The position numbers and the translations under genes are program-made. From an uncultured Alphaproteobacteria bacterium (GTDB lineage: Bacteria > Pseudomonadota > Alphaproteobacteria > RF32 > CAG-239): a stretch of 64,000 nt of DNA. The first letter of the stretch is position 1. The number at the start of each line of letters is the position of its first letter. Location: the NCBI GenBank assembly GCA_944393225.1, contig CALXZK010000006.1, positions 10,004-74,003 on the forward strand. The letters run 5' to 3'. The notes below the pieces were generated by a model, which saw only the letters and a program-made list of their open reading frames with translations, was not told the DNA's origin and ran no database searches. Below, piece by piece: positions 58,009 through 64,000 of the stretch.

Positions 58009-58833
58009 TTACGCCTCCAATTCCTCAATTGCTTTTTTGTAAAGCTCATCATTTAATACACCAATATGCCAATTATATTTATTTTCTATAAAAGAAACAC
58101 CCTTGCCTTTAATTGTATGTGCAAAAACAACAACAGGCTGTTTTTGATTTATTAATGCTTCCGAAAATGTTTTATAAATAGCGTCAACGTCATGACCATC
58201 TGTACCATATACTTTCCAGCCAAAACTACTCCATTTATCTTCCAGAGAATCTTGCTTCATAATTTCTTCAATAAATCCATCAAGTTGCAATCTGTTTTTG
58301 TCAATAATCAACACCAAATTATTTAAGCCAAAATTTGAAGCAGACATTGCAGCTTCCCAAATAGATCCTTCGTCACATTCCCCATCTCCCATCATAACGA
58401 AGACTTTGGATGTCACATTATTTTTTCTTTTTAAAGCAAGAGCTGAACCTACACCCAAGGATAATCCATGTCCTAAGCTTCCTGTAGAAAACTCTATTCC
58501 TTTTTTTACATTCATATAAGGATGCGTTGAAAATGAAGATCCATCTTTCTTAAAGGAAGCAATATCCTCATCAGACAATATTCCAACTCTATGCATAACA
58601 GCATATTGCGCCATAGCGCCATGACCTTTGCTCAAGATAAAACGATCTCGAGTATCATCGGTCATATCACTTTTATTTAATTTTAATATATCGTTATACA
58701 GTACCGACAAAACCTCAACAATTGAAAGGGAGCCTCCGATATGAGTACCATTTGTTCCGGCTTTATAAGTTAAATCAATTATATCACGTCTAACTTGTTT
58801 AGCCAATGTAAGTGTTTTCATCATATTGTACAT
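58009..58833 (-). CDS. Transketolase-like, N-terminal ThDP-binding subunit
   Basis: HIGGSLS, DRFILSKGH, STGSLGHG, GDGECDEG, DGHD, TIKGKG; AAAGGA SD before ATG 58833. Confidence 0.92.
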   Translation of the reverse strand: MYNMMKTLTLAKQVRRDIIDLTYKAGTNGTHIGGSLSIVEVLSVLYNDILKLNKSDMTDDTRDRFILSKGHGAMAQYAVMHRVGILSDEDIASFKKDGSSFSTHPYMNVKKGIEFSTGSLGHGLSLGVGSALALKRKNNVTSKVFVMMGDGECDEGSIWEAAMSASNFGLNNLVLIIDKNRLQLDGFIEEIMKQDSLEDKWSSFGWKVYGTDGHDVDAIYKTFSEALINQKQPVVVFAHTIKGKGVSFIENKYNWHIGVLNDELYKKAIEELEA

Positions 58834-58850
58834 TATTGTTCCTTTACTCA

Positions 58851-59987
58851 TTAAAGATTTTCTTTGTAATAATTTATCCAATACTCTTTTTGTTGTTCGC
58901 GAGATAATATCGAATTTGCTTTTTTATAAAAACCTACACCGCCATTTTTCATATTTGATAAGTTAACAATACCAAAACTATATGACAAACCGATTCCAAA
59001 ACTAGCTAACAAAACATCATTTACTTTTTTTCCAAGTAAAGAATCACAAGCATTCATTGCAACCGAAGCAACCCCTGCGTTTGCATATTTTGTAAATGTT
59101 TCTGAAGAATATTTCTCTTTTGGTAAATTTGCATGTCTGGCGATAGTTTCTACAATCTGTTTATTAGCTTGATGGATCGCAAAAAAATCTATATCGTTTT
59201 GCTCTTTTTTAGCAAAATCCATAATCTGTTTAATTCCCTGAGGTCCAATTACTGATGTATATTTAAAAACTTCAAAACCTTTTAAAATATCTTCCCAAAG
59301 ATGCCAAACATTTCCTTGTGAATCTTTAACCTCTAAATCTGCTATATCCTTTCTAATGGGCAATTTAAATCCACCAAACGGGGCAACAATTTTATCCCAA
59401 TCTTTTCCGTTAGTCCCTGTCAAAAAATAAGACGGATTGGGCTGCTCTGTCCGCTCCAAAACTGTTGCAACTGCACCATCTCCAAAAAGAATACAAACAT
59501 TTCTATTTTGATTATTTGTATGTGTACTTCCAATATCTGCAGCAATGTATAAACACTTTCGAATTGCCCCGGCTTCAATCATCGAAGATAAAACCCACAA
59601 GTGATAAATATAACCTGAGCAAGCTAAACCCGAAAAATCAAAACATGAAACATTTTCAGGAAGATTCAATCTACCTTGCATAATACAAGAAGAAGCAGGA
59701 TAGGGGTAATCATGGCCTGAAGAGGCATACACGAGCGCATCGATATCAGACAAATCTACACCGCACTTTTCAACAAGTCTATGCACGGCACATTCTGCCA
59801 AATCCAAACCACCGACACCTTCCTCAATAATATGACGATTTCCCAATCCTAAAATTTTTTTATTTCTCTCTAATTTTTTAGGATCATTGTCATAATAGCA
59901 AAGTTCATCATCAATATTAATATAATTTTCAGGAACGACAGCTGCCATTGCTGATATTTTAACATTGTTAAACCTAGAAAATGTCAT
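58851..59987 (-). CDS. 3-oxoacyl-ACP synthase III (FabH-like)
   Basis: LACSGY (Cys), LFGDGA, HQAN, YAN, FGIGLS. Confidence 0.88.
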   Translation of the reverse strand: MTFSRFNNVKISAMAAVVPENYINIDDELCYYDNDPKKLERNKKILGLGNRHIIEEGVGGLDLAECAVHRLVEKCGVDLSDIDALVYASSGHDYPYPASSCIMQGRLNLPENVSCFDFSGLACSGYIYHLWVLSSMIEAGAIRKCLYIAADIGSTHTNNQNRNVCILFGDGAVATVLERTEQPNPSYFLTGTNGKDWDKIVAPFGGFKLPIRKDIADLEVKDSQGNVWHLWEDILKGFEVFKYTSVIGPQGIKQIMDFAKKEQNDIDFFAIHQANKQIVETIARHANLPKEKYSSETFTKYANAGVASVAMNACDSLLGKKVNDVLLASFGIGLSYSFGIVNLSNMKNGGVGFYKKANSILSREQQKEYWINYYKENL

Positions 59988-60743
59988 TCAAATAACTCCT
60001 CCTGAATCAATGATATAATTTTGTCCTGAAATAAATTTTGATTTATCTGACAACAAAAAAACTATTAAGTTAGCAACATCTAGAGGCTCTCCCCACCCCC
60101 ATGGATACTTATCTTTCTGAAGTTCCTCTGAAACATTGTATAACTTTGAATAGTCTTCTGTCATTTGAGTCTTAATCATTGATGGCAATACACTATTTAA
60201 CCTTATACCAGCGCCACTAACTTCTTTTGATATAGCTTTAACAGATGCCGACAACGCAGCTTTTGTTCCAGAATAAACGCTTTGTCCTCTTGTACAAATT
60301 TGAGCATCTAAAGATGAAACAAACACCAAGGAAGTTCCATTTCCTTTATTATTTCTTCTATCTAAAAGAGCCTTGGTCATAAGCATCGGAACAAAATAAT
60401 TGATATTAAAAGCATCTTGCATTACACCATAGTCAACCAACTGCAATGGTTTAACGCATGAAACACCCGCACAGTAAGCCATACCTGAAAATTTACCAAA
60501 CTTTTTACATAACGATTTGATAAAAGATGAAATTTCGGTTATTTCGGATGTCAAATCCTTGACTTCTATATACATATTTTCCGGATACTTACACTTCTGT
60601 TTCAAATGTTCCAAACGAACCTTATTTCTAGCTATCGCAACTACCGATGCACCTAATTCATTAAGCAATAAAGCTGTCTGCTCTCCTATCCCAGAGCTAG
60701 CTCCTGTTACAATATAAAATTGATCTGAACTAAATAGCATCAT
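59988..60743 (-). CDS. SDR family oxidoreductase (FabG-like)
   Basis: TGASSGIG, YSGTK (YxxxK), IRLNSVLP, FISGQ. Confidence 0.92.
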   Translation of the reverse strand: MMLFSSDQFYIVTGASSGIGEQTALLLNELGASVVAIARNKVRLEHLKQKCKYPENMYIEVKDLTSEITEISSFIKSLCKKFGKFSGMAYCAGVSCVKPLQLVDYGVMQDAFNINYFVPMLMTKALLDRRNNKGNGTSLVFVSSLDAQICTRGQSVYSGTKAALSASVKAISKEVSGAGIRLNSVLPSMIKTQMTEDYSKLYNVSEELQKDKYPWGWGEPLDVANLIVFLLSDKSKFISGQNYIIDSGGVI

Positions 60744-60744
60744 A

Positions 60745-60963
60745 TTACAAACCGGCCTTAGAAGCTATATCCCCAATTGTTTTCATTTCTCTAAAGTCTT
60801 TCATTGTTGTTTTAACATTGAAATTTTTTTCCAAAAAAGCCATGGTAGCCATTATGGATAAAGAATCCCATTCTGCTAAACTAGACAAAACCGTATCCAT
60901 ATTAAGATCTTCTTCTGTTTGCAAAACATCAACCATTTCATTCAAAAATTCATTTATAGTCAT
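60745..60963 (-). CDS. Acyl carrier protein
   Basis: EWDSL motif; AAGGAG SD before ATG 60963. Confidence 0.88.
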   Translation of the reverse strand: MTINEFLNEMVDVLQTEEDLNMDTVLSSLAEWDSLSIMATMAFLEKNFNVKTTMKDFREMKTIGDIASKAGL

Positions 60964-60980
60964 TTTTATCTCCTTAAAAA

Positions 60981-61511
60981 TTATAAAGCATCCCAAAATA
61001 GTTGTTTATGCTGATTATATGCATCTCTTGTAATTTCAAAAAAATAATCTATATCATCTTCTGCCACTATCTTGGCACCTGTCATTTTATGAAATCTCAC
61101 AACTTTTTTATTTTCTTTCCGAACATCAAAACAATCTTTCTCAAAGCCCAATTTTTCAAAAGCCATATGTCTGGCTAAAAGAGCTCCTTCCAACGTTTCT
61201 TCCGGCAAAGAACCTTCTTTCATCAACCAACTTCCTCCTGTATATTGCTTTCCTGAAACATTATAAATTCTGCTTGTTCCTAATGGTTGATGTTGTTTAT
61301 CTTCAATTATAAAATACCATTCATTATCCAACGTTTTATAACGTTTTAAATACTCAATTTGTTTATCCAAATTATTTTCTGTTTTATGCAAAAAGCGACA
61401 TTTTTTAGGATTAGTACGTAATTGCAAAATAAACGCAGCATCGCTGATTTCGACCTCGCGTAAATTAACATATTTTCCTTCTAAAGGCTTAAAATCATGA
61501 GTGTTTTTCAT
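60981..61511 (-). CDS. GNAT (RimJ/RimL-like) N-acyltransferase
   Basis: VNLREVEISDAAFILQLR...YFII...VRKENKKVVRFHKMTGA. Confidence 0.8.
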   Translation of the reverse strand: MKNTHDFKPLEGKYVNLREVEISDAAFILQLRTNPKKCRFLHKTENNLDKQIEYLKRYKTLDNEWYFIIEDKQHQPLGTSRIYNVSGKQYTGGSWLMKEGSLPEETLEGALLARHMAFEKLGFEKDCFDVRKENKKVVRFHKMTGAKIVAEDDIDYFFEITRDAYNQHKQLFWDAL

Positions 61512-61522
61512 TATTATATCCT

Positions 61523-61918
61523 TTAAGCGACCAATTTTATAAAGTCATCATAATTTCTGATATAATCAGATTCATCATAGGGCTCAGAAGCTAAAACCAT
61601 TACAACACAATCTTTACTAAAGTTAGTAAATTCGCGCCATATATTGTGTTTGATGTATAAACCCTGCGCCGGATTATCTAAATGTACAGTCTGTCTTTCA
61701 TTACCATCATCTAAAATGAAATCACAACTGCCCGAAGTACAAATAATAACTTGCTCTAGCTTCTTATGTGCGTGTTTGCCTCGAACAACATCGGAATGGT
61801 TTCCCCAAATATAATACACACGCTTTGGTTCAAACGGAATACCGTTTCCCTTCTCTAAAGCGACCAAGTTGCCGTCGTGGTTTCCGTGAATTTTAAAATC
61901 TATCAACTCATACATCAT
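61523..61918 (-). CDS. fdtA: FdtA/QdtA cupin, dTDP-4-keto-6-deoxyglucose 3,4-isomerase
   Basis: GNLVALE, PFEPKRVYYI, RGKHAHKKL, WREF, VLASEPYDESDYIR; start overlaps the rfbB stop. Confidence 0.9.
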   Translation of the reverse strand: MMYELIDFKIHGNHDGNLVALEKGNGIPFEPKRVYYIWGNHSDVVRGKHAHKKLEQVIICTSGSCDFILDDGNERQTVHLDNPAQGLYIKHNIWREFTNFSKDCVVMVLASEPYDESDYIRNYDDFIKLVA

Positions 61919-62919
61919 TTCAAATACCACTCCACGGTTTTAACAATTCCGGTTTCAAAAGTTTCTTCAGCTTTCCAACCGAGTTCTGTTTCCAATTTTG
62001 TTGCATCTATGGCATAACGCTTGTCATGTCCGGCTCTATCTTTCACAAACGTAATCAAATCCGCATACTTACCTGATTTTCTTGGATGTTTTTCATCCAA
62101 AATTGCACAAATGGTATGCACGATTTCCAGATTATTTCTTTCATTTCTGCCGCCGACATTGTAAGTTTCACCGGCTTTACCTGTATGAAAAATCAAGTCA
62201 ATTGCTTTACAGTGATCCAAAACATACAGCCAATCGCGTATATTCTTTCCATCTCCATAAATTGGAATAGATTTTTCAGCCAAACAGTTGCTAATAATCT
62301 TGGGAATAAGTTTTTCCGGATGTTGTTTAGGACCATAATTATTTGAGCAGTTAGAGGTTGTCACATTCATACCAAACGTATGGAAATATGCTCTAACCAA
62401 AAAGTCAGAACTTGCTTTGCTTGCAGAATATGGAGAATTTGGGGCATAGGCCGTTGTTTCTTCAAACAATCCGGTTTCACCCAAAGTACCATAAACTTCA
62501 TCTGTAGAAATATGATGAAATCTGCAAGTTTCATATCCTTCTTTATATTGATTAGGAGCAAGCATCCAATGTTTGCGTGCCGTTTCCAAAAGATTAAACG
62601 TACCTAAGATATTGGTTTCAATAAACGGACGCGGACCAGTGATGGAATTATCGACATGGCTTTCAGCCGCAAAATGAATAACACCTCTGATATCATATTG
62701 TGCAAATAGTTTCTCGAGAAATGCAACATCACAAATATCACCTTGAACAAAAGTATAATTGTCCATCGAATTGCATTCTTTTAAATTTTCCAAATTTCCG
62801 GCATAAGTAAGCTTGTCCAAATTAATGATATGATAATCCGGATATTTTTCACAAAAATACGGTACAAAATTTGAACCTATAAAACCGGCACCTCCGGTTA
62901 CCAAAATATTTTTTCTCAT
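61915..62919 (-). CDS. rfbB: dTDP-glucose 4,6-dehydratase
   Basis: TGGAGFIGSNF, HFAAESHVD, HISTDEVYG, PYSASKA, NNYGP, DRAGHDKRY. Confidence 0.97.
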   Translation of the reverse strand: MRKNILVTGGAGFIGSNFVPYFCEKYPDYHIINLDKLTYAGNLENLKECNSMDNYTFVQGDICDVAFLEKLFAQYDIRGVIHFAAESHVDNSITGPRPFIETNILGTFNLLETARKHWMLAPNQYKEGYETCRFHHISTDEVYGTLGETGLFEETTAYAPNSPYSASKASSDFLVRAYFHTFGMNVTTSNCSNNYGPKQHPEKLIPKIISNCLAEKSIPIYGDGKNIRDWLYVLDHCKAIDLIFHTGKAGETYNVGGRNERNNLEIVHTICAILDEKHPRKSGKYADLITFVKDRAGHDKRYAIDATKLETELGWKAEETFETGIVKTVEWYLK

Positions 62920-63791
62920 AGGTCATAATCCTCATAAACGCGTTGCAAATATTCTTTATAATTTCCGGATTTCAGTTCAGAAATCAGCTTTTGCATCTGA
63001 GCTTTATTTATAAAACCTCGGCGATAAGCAATTTCTTCGATACAAGAAATTTTTAAGCCTTGCCGTTTTTCAATCAATTGCACGTACAAACCTGCATCCA
63101 TCAAACTATCGGGGGTTCCGGCATCGAGCCATGCTGCGCCACGTTTCAACTCACAAAACTTAACTCGCTTTTCTTGCAAATAAAGATTATTCAAATCTGT
63201 AATTTCCAACTCACCACGCGCAGAAGGCTTCAAACTGCGCGCTTTGGCAACCACATCATTTTGATAGAAATACAATCCGACGGCAGCATAATTTGACTTT
63301 GGATTTTTAGGCTTTTCTTCAATAGAAAGAACATTTCTGTCTTTATCAAACTCAACAATTCCAAAGCGCTCCGGATCTGGAACATGATAACCGAAAATAA
63401 TAGCACCGGTGTTTTCTTTAACCTCTTCATTCAAACGGGCGAATTGGTCACCCATATAAAAGATATTATCTCCCAAAATCAAGCAAACATCGTCATTACC
63501 TATGAACTGTTCTCCAATGGTAAAGGCCTGAGCAATGCCTTTGGGCTCATTTTGAATTTGATACTGCAAAGAAAGCCCTATTCTGCTGCCATCACCGAGC
63601 AATTTTTGAATATTTGGCGTATCTTGAGGCGTAGAAATAATCAAAATCTCTCTAATTCCGAACAACATCAAAGTTGAAAGCGGATAATAAATCATTGGTT
63701 TATCATAAACCGGTAACAACTGTTTAGAAATTGCTGTTGTCAACGGATAAAGACGGCTTCCGCTACCACCGGCTAAAATAATTCCCTTCAT
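62916..63791 (-). CDS. rfbA: Glucose-1-phosphate thymidylyltransferase
   Basis: GIILAGGSGSRLYP, SKQLLPVYDKPMIYYP, LGDN, EEKP, SARGELEIT, WLDAGT. Confidence 0.98.
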   Translation of the reverse strand: MKGIILAGGSGSRLYPLTTAISKQLLPVYDKPMIYYPLSTLMLFGIREILIISTPQDTPNIQKLLGDGSRIGLSLQYQIQNEPKGIAQAFTIGEQFIGNDDVCLILGDNIFYMGDQFARLNEEVKENTGAIIFGYHVPDPERFGIVEFDKDRNVLSIEEKPKNPKSNYAAVGLYFYQNDVVAKARSLKPSARGELEITDLNNLYLQEKRVKFCELKRGAAWLDAGTPDSLMDAGLYVQLIEKRQGLKISCIEEIAYRRGFINKAQMQKLISELKSGNYKEYLQRVYEDYDL

Positions 63792-64000
63792 TATACTAAA
63801 CCTCCTTGCCTCTTATCCCAGCACAAGAAATTTTGTTTCATCGTTTTGCTAAGCTTTTCAAAATCAGACCTTGAAATTTTCTTCAATTGTCTTTTTTTAA
63901 TAAATAAGCCTTTTTGCAAAAGGTCTTTCCAATTTTGCTTAGTAATATCTTTTTGAACGGGTAAATATGTTTCAGGTTTCAACCCCAATTTCCGAGCCAA
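63791..64000 (-). CDS. 3' end of an unidentified gene (runs off the window end)
   Basis: Open frame ending in a TAATG overlap with the rfbA start, with AAGGAGG inside it. Confidence 0.55.
   Translation of the reverse strand: MARKLGLKPETYLPVQKDITKQNWKDLLQKGLFIKKRQLKKISRSDFEKLSKTMKQNFLCWDKRQGGLV

Noticed and set aside
57047-58833. Housekeeping pentose-phosphate transketolase
   Set aside because: The split N/C form is embedded among ACP and KAS III genes in an accessory polysaccharide locus, so a specialised biosynthetic role is more likely.

Overview
AT-rich bacterial chromosome segment. Gene content and order (dnaB with the alpha-type insert, rpmH-rnpA-yidD-yidC-engB, DUF3576-leuS-lptE-holA) point to an alphaproteobacterium (inference). 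It has three parts. (1) 1-25 kb: housekeeping genes, plus tRNA-Arg(CCG) trailed by two tRNA-3'-end/terminator repeat units, a 110-bp tandem palindromic element overlapping the yidC ribosome-binding site, a Firmicutes-like leuS in a proteobacterial gene context, and two apparent pseudo-enzymes. (2) About 25.03-46.93 kb: a ~21.9-kb island integrated at the 3' end of tRNA-Ser(CGA). Its backbone is a ParB-methyltransferase (frameshifted), two DUF5681 TerS-like genes, a large terminase, DUF2924 and a large serine recombinase, with no recognisable capsid, portal, tail or replication gene. Its cargo is defence-like: a membrane protein / ImmA peptidase / P4-beta-like / convergent sce7726-like nuclease cassette, and an SNF2-DUF4391-AlbA_2-Mod-Res Type III RM operon interrupted by a GIY-YIG + CGTC-palindrome unit bounded by 8-bp direct repeats. 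(3) 48-64 kb: a surface-polysaccharide locus (rfbA, rfbB, fdtA, fdtB, glycosyltransferases, GtrA) with an embedded ACP / KAS III / SDR / split transketolase / LuxE-LuxC module. All family assignments come from reading motifs by eye; no database searches were run.
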